The notes: generated by a model from the letters alone, not told the origin. A DNA stretch of 64,000 nucleotides from an uncultured delta proteobacterium (GCA_963727625.1 CAVSHR010000008.1:96001-160000); one strand, 5' to 3'; counted from the first letter of the stretch, positions 9,671-19,044 are shown. Program-made: numbers and translations.

Positions 9671-10766
9671 CTAAGGAGGCCACAATTTAGAGACTACGCA
9701 GCGGCGGCATAGCAGGTATCGGGTGCCTGAAAGAATGAGCGAACGATTTCAGGACTCTTTTGTAAGTATCGCAGTCTTCCCACCACAGCTCGATGCAAGT
9801 CACGCGGGCCGTGAACCAGGGTGCGACCCACGCCGTTGTTTTTCACATCATTCCAGACAAACTCGTCAGGGTTGAGTTCCGGTGAGTACGGAGGCAAAAA
9901 GAACAACTTTAGTTTTTCACTCAGTGAATCGACGTAGCTCCTCACGCTTTTGGAGCGATGAGAAGGATGACCATCCACGATTAGGAAAGCCGCACGTCGC
10001 CGGCCCTGCATTAACCGCTTAAGAAATTCTATGAACACCCGGGCACCCACGCCCCCGCGCACGACCATGAACCGCAGAGATCCCTTCGGGCTGATCGCCG
10101 AGATCATGTTCAGGCTAAAGCGCTGCCCGGTTACCCTGACCACAGGAGTCTTCCCCCTGGGGGCCCAAGTCGTCCCGCTATGGAAATCCGAACGAACCCC
10201 AGACTCATCCTCAAAAAATATCTCAGCACCTTCACGCTTCGCCATGGCACGAATTTTCGGATACTCCCTTTTGAGCCATTGCTCCACTAAGGACGGATTC
10301 TGCTGGTAAGCACGAAACAGCGGCTTCTGACAGGTCAGTCCTAACTGAGCCAGCAGTCTTCCAATCGAGCTCAGGCTCAACCGCATCCTAAACTTTCGAT
10401 AAACCACGGTCCTGATTTGGGAACGCGTCCACAGGGCGAAAGGAAGCTTCAATTGAAGCGGGTTTTTCATAGTCACCGTATTATAGATCCATTGGATTTG
10501 CCTGCCCGTAAGCCGTTTCGGTCGACCCGTACCCTTGCGGGCTCGAAGGGCGTCCCAGCCGCCCACCCGATAACTGGCTAGCCATACGAATATCCGATTC
10601 GCATATAGGCCCATCTCGCGCGCCACTACCGTAGGAGCTTGCCCTCCTTGTACGGCCTTGACCGCTTTGAATCTTATTTCTTCGAGCTTTGCATGGCTTA
10701 GCTTGCGTCCGTCGATATTCATCGATCGAACCATAACACATAGTTACTAAATTATGAACTGATTAG
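9671..10766 (-). mobile_element. IS630-family insertion sequence
   Basis: TA target duplication (9669-9670, 10767-10768); imperfect TIRs CTAAggaggcCAcAATTTAG and CTAAtcagttCAtAATTTAG. Confidence 0.9.
9694..10734 (-). CDS. IS630-family transposase
   Basis: HTH N-terminus, FFEDESG, IVDGHPSH, FLPPYSPELNPDE; intact (start may be ATG 10722). Confidence 0.92.
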   Translation of the reverse strand: MVRSMNIDGRKLSHAKLEEIRFKAVKAVQGGQAPTVVAREMGLYANRIFVWLASYRVGGWDALRARKGTGRPKRLTGRQIQWIYNTVTMKNPLQLKLPFALWTRSQIRTVVYRKFRMRLSLSSIGRLLAQLGLTCQKPLFRAYQQNPSLVEQWLKREYPKIRAMAKREGAEIFFEDESGVRSDFHSGTTWAPRGKTPVVRVTGQRFSLNMISAISPKGSLRFMVVRGGVGARVFIEFLKRLMQGRRRAAFLIVDGHPSHRSKSVRSYVDSLSEKLKLFFLPPYSPELNPDEFVWNDVKNNGVGRTLVHGPRDLHRAVVGRLRYLQKSPEIVRSFFQAPDTCYAAAA

Positions 10767-11900
10767 TAATCGGCCGCGCCAGTTTGGCGCGTGCTGGTTG
10801 GCTTGTCATCTCTACGAGCAGTTGGGCCTGGAGCAGTTCTGGAAGGATCGTTTGCCCGATAGTCGTGAGGGCACTTGTTGGCAGCATGTTGTTCAGACGT
10901 TGGTGTGTTACGGGCTGATTGATCCGGGCAGCGAGTGGCGATTGCACCGGCTGTGGTATGAGCAGAGCGCGATGGGCGATCTGTTGGGCGAGGACTTTGC
11001 GCTGGTGGAGAAAAATGCCCTATATCGCTGTCTGGACAAAGTGATCGAGCATAAGCAAGCCCTGTTTAGTCATCTCACCGAGCGCTGGCAGGATCTGTTT
11101 GGCGCCAAGTTCGATGTGCTGCTCTACGATCTGACCAGCACCTATTTTGAGTCCAGCCGACCCGATGACGAGAACGACAAGCGGCGCTACGGCTACAGCC
11201 GCGACAAGCGTTCGGACTGCGTCCAAGTGGTCATCGCATTGGTGGTGACACCGGACGGTTTTCCGTTGGCCTACGAAGTGCTGGCGGGCAACACCTCGGA
11301 GCGGACCACGCTTAAGGATTTTTTAACCAAGATTGAAACTCAGTACGGCAAAGCCCAACGCATCTGGGTGATGGATCGCGGTGTTCCCACCGAGAAAATC
11401 CTCACCGAGATGCGCCAGAGCGATCCGCCGGTGTATTATCTGGTGGGCACGCCCAAAGCGAGACTGAGTAAATTGGAACAAGAGCTAGTTGCGCTGCCCT
11501 GGCAAGCGGTGCGGTGCGGTGTCGAAGTGAAACTGTTAGCCCAGGAGCAAGAACTCTACGTGTTGGCCAAGAGTATCGATCGAGTCAACAAAGAACGCTC
11601 GATGCGCCAAAGGCAGCTCAGAGCGCTGTTCAAGCGGCTCAAAGAACTGCATGGGATGAAATTTAACAAAAGCCAAGCCTTGCTGCTCAAACTGGGAGCG
11701 GCCAAGGGAAAATATCGGGCGGCCTGGCGGCTGATTGACATCGTCCTACCTGAAGCCAAAAAACGCGCGGGCAAAATCGCTTTGGCGATTGTGTTGATGT
11801 TGACACTCGTGGGCCTAAAGGCGTAGATTATTCCCCAATCGAGCATTTAGCCAAGACTATAGCGTTATCGAGATTCGATTGGCGGAAGGTTAGCTTCGGT

Positions 11901-12665
11901 ATGTTTACGACTGCTTTTGATGCGGGTGGCAGTAAAGATGATCAGGATTTTATTGTCCTAGCTGGCTTCATAGCGCCGGCAGATGCCTGGATTGAATTTG
12001 ATCGTTACTGGCGCGATCGCTTAGCGCAAGAGGGATTAAACTACTTTCATATGGTGGATTTTGCTCAATTCGCGGGAGAATTCAAAGTCGGGTGGAGAGA
12101 TAACGAACCTCGTCGGCGAGCCTTGTTACGGAATCTGATAGAGCTTATTGAGCGCTATGCATCGCGGAAATTTGGTGCTGTCGTGCCGATTGAAGCTTTT
12201 AAACGTCAGTCTCCACCAGAGGGATGGGAAACGTATGACCTGTGTCCTTATTCGCTGGCGGCAATGCATACTGCGGCAAATGTGATGCGTTGGTGTATCC
12301 GCGACGGGTCGCCGCAATTCGAAAACATTAGCTTTATTTTTGAAGATGGTGATACGGGCGGCAAGGGGCGAGTCGAAAAGCAGTTTAAGGTTAACTTGGA
12401 TATGAGGCCTTTATTTAAACCTAAAAAGGATACACCGAACAACAAGACAGGCATGATAAAACCGATGTGGACTCCGCTTCATGCTGCTGATTTTTTGGCT
12501 TATGAAGTTTTTAAGTTTTGCAAAGAGTTTCAGGCTGGAAAACTTACGACCGAAAAATTACGATGGGGGTTGAAAGAATGTCAGAAAGCTCAGGGCGATA
12601 TAATGGTAATAGATGACAGCAATCTAGTCGAGGTTCGAATGCAAGCGCAACGTAGAAAACCGTGA
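11901..12665 (+). CDS. DUF3800-like protein (putative RNase H-fold nuclease), IS1595 passenger
   Basis: N-terminal AFDAGG...FIVLAGF, YFHMVDF, FIFEDG and C-terminal LHAADFLAY resemble the DUF3800 pattern (DESG...FH...LQxADxxA). Confidence 0.7.
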   Translation: MFTTAFDAGGSKDDQDFIVLAGFIAPADAWIEFDRYWRDRLAQEGLNYFHMVDFAQFAGEFKVGWRDNEPRRRALLRNLIELIERYASRKFGAVVPIEAFKRQSPPEGWETYDLCPYSLAAMHTAANVMRWCIRDGSPQFENISFIFEDGDTGGKGRVEKQFKVNLDMRPLFKPKKDTPNNKTGMIKPMWTPLHAADFLAYEVFKFCKEFQAGKLTTEKLRWGLKECQKAQGDIMVIDDSNLVEVRMQAQRRKP

Positions 12666-12691
12666 ACCTGCGGCTGTACAGAAAATCGCTA

Positions 12692-12841
12692 TCAAAGCAG
12701 TGTGTTGGCCAAGACAAAGGTCAATAGCCAGATGGCACCAAAGATAATCCAATATATCCGCTTCTGTTTGCCTTCGGACCCATACGCGGCCCAGGCGAAT
12801 GAAGAACTGAGAATAAATAGAGCGATGAAAAGATATTTCAC
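12692..12841 (-). CDS. Small two-helix membrane protein (49 aa)
   Basis: Hand translation from GTG 12841: MKYLFIALFILSSSFAWAAYGSEGKQKRIYWIIFGAIWLLTFVLANTLL*; starts 4 nt after the upstream stop; below the ORF-track cutoff. Confidence 0.5.
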   Translation of the reverse strand: MKYLFIALFILSSSFAWAAYGSEGKQKRIYWIIFGAIWLLTFVLANTLL

Positions 12842-12845
12842 CGAG

Positions 12846-13118
12846 CTACGCGCAAGGCTTCGTGATTCGGAAAAAGACTGCCTGACCAGATTCTTTTATT
12901 CGGCGGAATCCCTGAACGTAGTGGTCAATAGCGTACTTGATTTGGCTATCAAAATCAGTCGTGCAAAACGAGCATCTCAAGCCTTTGGTTTTCCAGTCCA
13001 CTTGTTGCAATTTCTCATTGGAAATATCCAAGGTTACTTCAGTGCCGCACTGCTTGCACTCAAGCGAGATATATCTCAAATCGTCGTAAGAGATGCGAAG
13101 TTGACGCTCTTCGGTCAT
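12846..13118 (-). CDS. Small zinc-ribbon protein (CKQC...CSFC), 90 aa
   Basis: Two CxxC pairs; start overlaps the upstream stop (ATGA). Confidence 0.65.
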   Translation of the reverse strand: MTEERQLRISYDDLRYISLECKQCGTEVTLDISNEKLQQVDWKTKGLRCSFCTTDFDSQIKYAIDHYVQGFRRIKESGQAVFFRITKPCA

Positions 13119-13255
13119 TTCCGTTTTTTCTTTGCAGGCGTAGGAGCAAGAGCGACTTTAACGGCCTTCTTAAACTTTCCCATGTCGGCGTTTTTGAGGG
13201 TCTCGCGGAGTCGGTCGTCTTCTTTTCTTGTAGCGGGAGTTATGGTGGTAGCCAC
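13115..13255 (-). CDS. Small basic protein (46 aa)
   Basis: Hand translation from GTG 13255: MATTITPATRKEDDRLRETLKNADMGKFKKAVKVALAPTPAKKKRK*; ATGA overlap with the Zn-ribbon gene supports coupling. Confidence 0.5.
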   Translation of the reverse strand: MATTITPATRKEDDRLRETLKNADMGKFKKAVKVALAPTPAKKKRK

Positions 13256-13287
13256 CCCGATACTTTAGCGCAGAGAGTCTTATATGT

Positions 13288-14187
13288 CTACTTGCTGCAC
13301 GTCGTTACGAGATCCTTAAAAGCGTCAGCGTTCTTTCGTTGATTGTGCCGCCAAGTAAATTCGTTGACGTACATAGGGAGATATTCTTTACTGACATGAT
13401 GAAACTGGCCCATAATTCCACGCTTCAAGAGCGACCAGAAAGAATCGATGCTCGCAGTGTGAACGAGGCCACGCACGTATTCATGGGCGCTGTGGTTTAC
13501 GGAATCGTGGGGATAATCTGGCCTCAAATCTTCGTATTGAGGCGCGTCATCGGTAGCAACGAGCGAAACTCTTTCGCTGACGGTGCTCCGAACGAAACGA
13601 TCAAGAGTTTTCTTGGTGGTATTCTCGACAACCTTGGCAACGACCATGCCTTTACGAGCGATAGCGCCGATCACGGCGACCTTGCCGGCAGGGCCACGCC
13701 CATCTTGCTTCTTGCTCCAGTGGCGATTCTTGTTTTTCCCGCCGACGTAGGTTTCATCAACTTCAACTTCGCCAGTGAGAGGCGGGGTGTAGGTAAGATC
13801 GCCGTGCATTGCCGCACGCCAGCGCATGCACATATACCAGCTAGTACGGTAGTCAGATCCAGAATCTTCACCAAAGATAACGCGATGAACCTGCAAGGCG
13901 CTGACTCCCTTCTTACCGACGAGCATCAAGTAGCCGACCTTAAACCAAAGTTTCAAAGGCTTCTTGGTATCTTGAAAGAACGTTCCGGTAAGAACCGAAA
14001 AGCGGTATCCGTTGCGACCGCCACAAGCTTTACAGACCCAGTTAAACGGGCGTGCTTTCAGCGTGTAGACCTTGGCGTTATCGCAACGTGGGCAATGCAC
14101 ACCTTTCGGCCAGCGCATCTCAACCAAAAAAAGGCGGCAAGACTCTTCGGTGGGAAATTGCTTGTCGAAGGCATCAATTGTTTTCAT
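13288..14187 (-). CDS. IS1595-family transposase
   Basis: N-terminal Zn ribbon (RWPKGVHCPRC...CKAC), VEVDETYVGG, ATDD, VNHS, SIDSFWSLLKRG, YVNEFTWRHN. Confidence 0.93.
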   Translation of the reverse strand: MKTIDAFDKQFPTEESCRLFLVEMRWPKGVHCPRCDNAKVYTLKARPFNWVCKACGGRNGYRFSVLTGTFFQDTKKPLKLWFKVGYLMLVGKKGVSALQVHRVIFGEDSGSDYRTSWYMCMRWRAAMHGDLTYTPPLTGEVEVDETYVGGKNKNRHWSKKQDGRGPAGKVAVIGAIARKGMVVAKVVENTTKKTLDRFVRSTVSERVSLVATDDAPQYEDLRPDYPHDSVNHSAHEYVRGLVHTASIDSFWSLLKRGIMGQFHHVSKEYLPMYVNEFTWRHNQRKNADAFKDLVTTCSK

Positions 14188-14923
14188 GCTCCAAAGGTAG
14201 CAAATTTATGAACGAGTGTCAACATCAACATAATCACCTTCGCTTTCTCGTTCCGGCTCAATCGGCAAAAGCTGAGAGAAGTACGCCGGCGCGAGGGCCG
14301 CTATCTATTACGGACCAATCTGACGGGCCGAGAGCCGGCGCAACTCTGGCAGTTCTACATCCAACTGGTCGAGATCGAAGCGACCTTCAAAAACTTAAAA
14401 GACGATCTGCAATTGCGGCCGATTTACCACCAGCTTCAACACCGCATCGAAGCGCATATCTTTGTCGCCTTTATGGCCTACTGCCTCAACGTTACGCTCA
14501 AGGCGCGCCTGCGGCCTGTGGCCGCTGGGCTGACCCCGCGCGCGGTGCTCGATAAGTTTGCCACCATGCAAATGTTGGACGTGAAGTTTCCCACCACTGA
14601 CGGGCGCATGTTGATCCTTAGCCGTTACACTGAGCCTGACACCGATCACAAACTTTTCTTAGAACAGCTCAAGCTCAGGATACCGCCCCAGCCGCCACCA
14701 CGAATCACCGCCCGTGGCCAACGCGTACACTGACGACAGAAAGCCCGATGTAGTGCAGACCTTTTGACTGTGCAGGTTGATTTTGTTGGCTTTTTAGATC
14801 GACTACCCTTCCAGTTGGGAAGGTTGGGCTAGACCACACGGGACGAAGCGCCGAGTCCAGATATTTCACCGCCCAAATCGCCCATCGACCGTCGCCATTA
14901 TCACGTTCCAAAGGAGTGTAACG

Positions 14924-15139
14924 ATGGCGCATACGATCTTGAGACTTCCCGAGGTAAAGCGAAGCACAGGGCTATCCCGCAGTACGATTTATCTCAAAAT
15001 CGCCCAGGACACATTTCCAAAGCCAATTCCCCTGGGGTCGCGGGCTGTGGGTTGGCTGGAAGCGGAGATCCAGGACTGGTTGCAGCGGCGCATCGACGCG
15101 AGCCGTAATAGTCGAGAGCAGCAAAGTCTCCGTAAATAG
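14924..15139 (+). CDS. alpA: AlpA-family regulator / recombination directionality factor
   Basis: ILRLPEVKRSTGLSRSTIY...FPKPIPLGSRAVGWLEAEI; AAGGAG SD. Confidence 0.92.
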   Translation: MAHTILRLPEVKRSTGLSRSTIYLKIAQDTFPKPIPLGSRAVGWLEAEIQDWLQRRIDASRNSREQQSLRK

Positions 15140-15165
15140 TGACTTTGGACAGGGAGCCGCGACCA

Positions 15166-16343
15166 ATGCAAACGCACAACCCAAGTAACGAACGGATCAA
15201 GCGACAGTATTTCGCTTACCTGAAGGAGGCCAAACGCCATAGTGAGGCAACCGTGGACGCAGTGGCTAAAGCTTTGGCTCGGTTCGAGGCCGACACCAAG
15301 TATCGCGACTTCAAGGCTTTCCATATGAGCAGGCGATCGCTTTCAAGAACCGCCTGGCGCAACAGGACAGTCAAGTTGACCGGCGAGAAATTGAGCAAGG
15401 CGACCTTGCACGCGACGCTTGCGGATTTGAAACGGTTCTTTCAATGGTTGGCCGGGCAGCCGGGCTACAAGTCCCGGCTGCAGATATTCGGACGCGGACT
15501 ATTTCAACTTGTCCGAGAAAGACACGCGAATCGCGACTGCACAGCGCGAAAAGAAATTCCCGACCTTGGAGCAGGTCAAGCATGTCATTGCAGCAATGCC
15601 GAGCAACTCCGAGATCGAGCGGCGCGATCGTGCGCTTATAGCTTTTACGCTACTGACCGGGGCGCGGGACAGTGCCATCGCATCGATGAAACTGAAGCAC
15701 GTCGATCTAGCGGCTGGATGCGTCTACCAAGACGCCCGCGAAGTGAACACCAAGTTCAGTAAAACCTTCACGACGTACTTTTTCCCCGTCGGCGACGAAA
15801 TTCGCCAAATCGTCGAGCGATTGGGTGAACTACCTGCGGCAAGAAAAGTTATGGGGTAATGACGACCCGCTGTTTCCGGCGACCCGGGTTGCAGTCGGCG
15901 TGGAGCGCCGATTCCGAGTGGTTGGTATAGAGCGCAAACATTGGAGCAGCGCGACGGCGATCCGTAAAATCTTTCGCGAAGCGTTTCAAACCGCCGGCCT
16001 GCCCTACTTCAATCCGCATAGCTTACGCAACACACTGGTCCAGCTCGGCGAGACTGTGTGCAAGACGCCCGAGGAGTTCAAAGCCTGGAGCCAGAATCTC
16101 GGCCACGAACAAGTGCTCACGACCTTTTGCAGTTATGGCCAGGTAGCGAGCGCGCGGCAGGCTGAGATCATGCGAGATGTCGCCAAGCCGAAGCGGGACG
16201 GAGCGAGCCGACGCTGCGGAATTTGCGAAAGCTGTAGCCCGGGAGTTGGCAGCGCAGAAGCGCGTCGGAATCAAAAAAACTATGAGCAGGGGCGTTGGTG
16301 CGGGGGCAACTTTGGGGGCAGCAGGGTAATTTCACTATTATAA
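15166..16343 (+). pseudogene. Tyrosine recombinase/integrase, frameshifted
   Basis: Pieces MQTHNPSNERIKRQY..., LLTGARDSAI (catalytic R), PHSLRN (HxxR) and NLGHEQVLTTFCSY lie in different frames; the true stop is 16329 or 16343. Confidence 0.85.
16302..16320. repeat. GGGGGCA direct repeats (16302-16308, 16314-16320), probable integrase arm-type sites
   Basis: Located about 60 bp before the att-like fragment, followed by an AT-rich spacer; role inferred. Confidence 0.5.
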
Positions 16344-16377
16344 ATTTATGTATTTTCAATGACTTATCGTGGAAAAG

Positions 16378-16397
16378 CGATTCCCTTCGGCCCACCA
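16378..16397 (+). other. att core: duplicated 3' end of a tRNA gene (CGATTCCCTTCGGCCCACCA)
   Basis: Half T-loop (CGATT), T/acceptor 3' strand and ACCA terminus, with no 5' tRNA half upstream; one base short of a canonical 3' half. Confidence 0.65.
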
Positions 16398-16464
16398 ATT
16401 TCACCTTCAGTTTTCCGCTATAAATATCTGAGTTAACGCTGGCCGCCTAGAGGCTGTTTGTCAA

Positions 16465-17136
16465 TTACTGGACCAAGTCGGAGCTGGTGACGGTGTTGAT
16501 AAACGCGCTCTCGCGCTTGGTATAGGCACGGTATTCATTGCCGAGGCGGTGATAGGGGTCTCGCGAGGTAATTTTCAGTATTTGCCCTTTCAGCTCGACA
16601 GCAATGCGCGCCTTGCCGGCGGGATCCTCAAGGCTGAATGTGCCGGCATTCTTGTTTAGGCCAGCCGCTTTGAAACCGACGGACTCACCGAGCGCCGCGA
16701 CCGTTTCTAACGGATCTTTGGCCGATATTTTTACTAGGTACCAATAGTCGTTGACAAACGGTTCCTCTTCAAAGAAGCGCGCGACCTCAATGGCTTTGAT
16801 GATTCCGGCCGCGTTGAAGGCAACACTCACGATCGCACGAGTGTTTGTCGGCACGACTCCCGCAGTGATCGGCAGGGCGCCTGGACCCTGTCGGCGATCG
16901 GAAATTTCAAACTGCCGGTCGGCAAATTGATAGATCCAGCGGTTACGATCGCCGCCGTGCTCGGCGCCGAAGATGCTCTCGACTTGGTTCTTGTCGGATT
17001 GTCCGATCCTGATTCTGGCGACTTTGTCCTCGACGGAAACTTGCGAAATGAATTCGGGCGATGAAGCGCAGCCATAAACAGCCAGGATCGCCACAATGGA
17101 TATTAGGAGATGTTCTTGCCGGTGCATGATCCGCAT
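16465..17136 (-). CDS. Putative lipoprotein with an SmpA/BamE-like N-terminal domain
   Basis: Hydrophobic stretch + VYGC lipobox; IRIGQSDKNQVESIFGA...WIY resembles SmpA/OmlA. Confidence 0.6.
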   Translation of the reverse strand: MRIMHRQEHLLISIVAILAVYGCASSPEFISQVSVEDKVARIRIGQSDKNQVESIFGAEHGGDRNRWIYQFADRQFEISDRRQGPGALPITAGVVPTNTRAIVSVAFNAAGIIKAIEVARFFEEEPFVNDYWYLVKISAKDPLETVAALGESVGFKAAGLNKNAGTFSLEDPAGKARIAVELKGQILKITSRDPYHRLGNEYRAYTKRESAFINTVTSSDLVQ

Positions 17137-17187
17137 CGCTAAGGAAGCCTTTTTGTCAATTTGCCGAGAACGTCGTTCGGTGGTTTG

Positions 17188-18471
17188 CTATTGTACCGTC
17201 GGCGCCGCGCCGAAATAGTTCTTCCAGGCCAGGGTCAAGAGATCGTTGGATAGCACCATGGGGCGATTCTCGTATTTGCACAGATCGACGCAACGGAGAA
17301 TCAAGTCACGCGGCTCGCAACCGCGCAGCGGGCGTTTATCCGCTTTATAGAGGCGAAAGGCAAAATCAAGATATTTGGGGTCATAGTCAAAGCCGCTTTG
17401 CCGGACGAATTGTTCGAAGATTTTCGCATACATATCACGATCCGGAGCGTTGACGTACAGACGGTAGCCCATGCGGCGTAAGAAAGCATCGTCCACCAGA
17501 TCACTGGGGTCGAGGTTGGTGGCAAAGATTAGCAGCTGCTCAAAGGGTACTTCGATCTTTTTGCCGGTATGCAGGGTGAGATAATCGATACGTCCTTCGA
17601 GAGGCACAATCCAGCGGTTGAGGAGGTCGTGGGGATCCACGCGCTGGCGGCCGAAATCGTCGATAACCAGTGTGCCGCCGTTGGATTTCATTTGAAACGG
17701 CGCCTCATAAAAGCGCACGGAGTTGCTGTAGATCAAGTCCATGGTCTCGATGGTCATTTCGCCGCCCACGATAACAACCGGCCGCTTGATCCTGATCCAG
17801 CGCTCGTCGTAGCGATCGATTCCGGTAACTGGAACCGGCTGATGGTTATGCAGGTCGAAAACTTTAATTACCTGGCTATCGACTTCGATAGCGTGGGGAA
17901 TCCAGATTTCGCCATGTTGAGCGCCGTGTAACGCCGTGGCGATGGTGGTCTTGCCGTTGCCGGAGGGGCCGGTCATGAACAGGCTGCGGCGCGAATTGGC
18001 GACGAGCCCGAGTGTCTGCACCGTGCTCTCGGGAAGCACCAGTCCTGACATGGCTAGGCGCACGTCCTCGGGTTGAATCGGTTCGCGCGCGGCGCTCTGG
18101 CGTAAGACCATCTCGTTATAAGCCGGCAAGGACACCGGCGCCGGACCGATGTAACCGTTCATATCAAGCAATTGTTGAGCGCGCTGCCAGCCGCGGTCGA
18201 GCATGCCGTAACGATTGTTGCCGTAGCTTATCAGGCCACGAATTTCAACGAATTTTTCGCGATAGAGATGCTGCAACAGTTCTTCGGTTACGGGCATCGC
18301 TAACCTGAGTTTTTCCGCTGCTCTTTCGGTGGTGCAATTAGCGTCGGCGTAAACGGTCTTCAGTGCCAGGTCGGCGAGAAAGCCGAAATCAAGTTGGGTG
18401 TTTTCAACTTTCAAGGGGATCGGTGGAACAAACATTGGCGCTGCAGATACGGTTGGCTCTGGTTTGCTCAT
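17188..18471 (-). CDS. Uncharacterised AAA-family ATPase
   Basis: Walker A GPSGNGKT, Walker B LVIDDFGRQ, FATNL...DAFLRR sensor/Arg-finger. Confidence 0.85.
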   Translation of the reverse strand: MSKPEPTVSAAPMFVPPIPLKVENTQLDFGFLADLALKTVYADANCTTERAAEKLRLAMPVTEELLQHLYREKFVEIRGLISYGNNRYGMLDRGWQRAQQLLDMNGYIGPAPVSLPAYNEMVLRQSAAREPIQPEDVRLAMSGLVLPESTVQTLGLVANSRRSLFMTGPSGNGKTTIATALHGAQHGEIWIPHAIEVDSQVIKVFDLHNHQPVPVTGIDRYDERWIRIKRPVVIVGGEMTIETMDLIYSNSVRFYEAPFQMKSNGGTLVIDDFGRQRVDPHDLLNRWIVPLEGRIDYLTLHTGKKIEVPFEQLLIFATNLDPSDLVDDAFLRRMGYRLYVNAPDRDMYAKIFEQFVRQSGFDYDPKYLDFAFRLYKADKRPLRGCEPRDLILRCVDLCKYENRPMVLSNDLLTLAWKNYFGAAPTVQ

Positions 18472-18736
18472 GATTCGCTAAAAACCTCCGATTTTACAGG
18501 ATCAGGACGGCATTTCGGCTACTGCTTGAAGCATGACCGCCTTGCCGACTCACAAGCCTTTATTTTAGGAGCTAACAGCCGCTTTAGCAATCAAAACCAG
18601 GGGTTTGAAGTGAATTTCCCGTTCCAGCTACCTGGAAGGCATGCTGGGGCACAAAAGGTGCCGTGGCGGTGCCTTTCCAGCGTGCGCCGATCCACCCCCC
18701 CTGATCTGAGCCGGTAGCGCCTGCAGTGGCCGCGCA

Positions 18737-18765
18737 TTGAAGCGCAAATACGCTTGTGTTATAAA
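18737..18765 (+). promoter_or_regulatory. Putative sigma70 promoter of rpmE
   Basis: TTGAAG (18737-18742), 17-nt spacer, TATAAA (18760-18765) with extended TG, 22 nt before the ATG. Confidence 0.55.
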
Positions 18766-18787
18766 TCGCTTGTTTAAGGGGAGTTCT

Positions 18788-18991
18788 ATGAAAGCAGCTA
18801 TCCATCCGGAATATAAGAGTTCGACCATTACTTGCGCCTGCGGCCATGTGGTGGAGACGCGTTCAACGGTGGGCAATCTCCACGTGGAAATTTGCTCCAA
18901 CTGCCACCCCTTCTTCACCGGCAAACAAAAATTGCTAGACTCAGCGGGTCGAGTAGAGAAATTTAGAAAGAAATACGGCCTGAAGAACTGA
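18788..18991 (+). CDS. rpmE: 50S ribosomal protein L31 (Zn-binding type)
   Basis: MKAAIHPEY...CACG...[15 protein letters not shown]...GRVEKF. Confidence 0.97.
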   Translation: MKAAIHPEYKSSTITCACGHVVETRSTVGNLHVEICSNCHPFFTGKQKLLDSAGRVEKFRKKYGLKN

Positions 18992-19044
18992 GACCAGCGG
19001 AGGACTGAGGCTGAATGTGAGTTACTAGGGAATTGCGGTACCTG

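Larger units (their letters stand above)
11784..14238 (-). mobile_element. IS1595-family element carrying passenger genes
   Basis: 27-bp TIRs GG(C/T)GATT(G/A)TGTTGATGTTGACACTCGT at 11784-11810 and 14212-14238; 8-bp target duplication ATCGCTTT/TTCGCTTT (11776-11783, 14239-14246; 7 of 8 identical). Confidence 0.92.
9388..14733 (+). pseudogene. IS1634-family DDE transposase split into three pieces (9388-9670, 10769-11783, 14247-14733)
   Basis: Removing both inserts restores one 594-aa frame (...AMELNRPRQFG...GKIAFSFRLNRQKL...) with YDLTSTYFE, VMDRG, IEATFKNLK and LRPIYHQ motifs. Confidence 0.9.
9234..14828 (+). mobile_element. IS1634-family element interrupted by two other IS
   Basis: Imperfect terminal inverted repeats CCCAACTTTCTCAACT (from 9234) and AGTTGGGAAGGTTGGG (to 14828), flanked on both sides by CTAG (9230-9233, 14829-14832). 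Confidence 0.85.
1..16397. mobile_element. Right-hand part of an integrative genomic (defence) island; left end lies outside the window
   Basis: Type I R-M genes, IS cluster, alpA and a tyrosine recombinase end at a tRNA-3'-like fragment (16378-16397); housekeeping-type genes follow. Confidence 0.8.

Noticed and set aside
12702-14211. Plus-strand ORFs 12702-13268 and 13339-14211 inside IS1595
   Set aside because: Antisense to the transposase and to the coupled small ORFs, which explain the region better.
16330-16397. Possible complete tRNA gene
   Set aside because: Only the last 20 nt resemble a tRNA; there is no D arm, anticodon arm or 5' acceptor strand, so it is treated as an att remnant.
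18632-18680. Long imperfect hairpin upstream of rpmE
   Set aside because: Single copy in the window, upstream of the predicted promoter, with no recognisable family; not enough to call.
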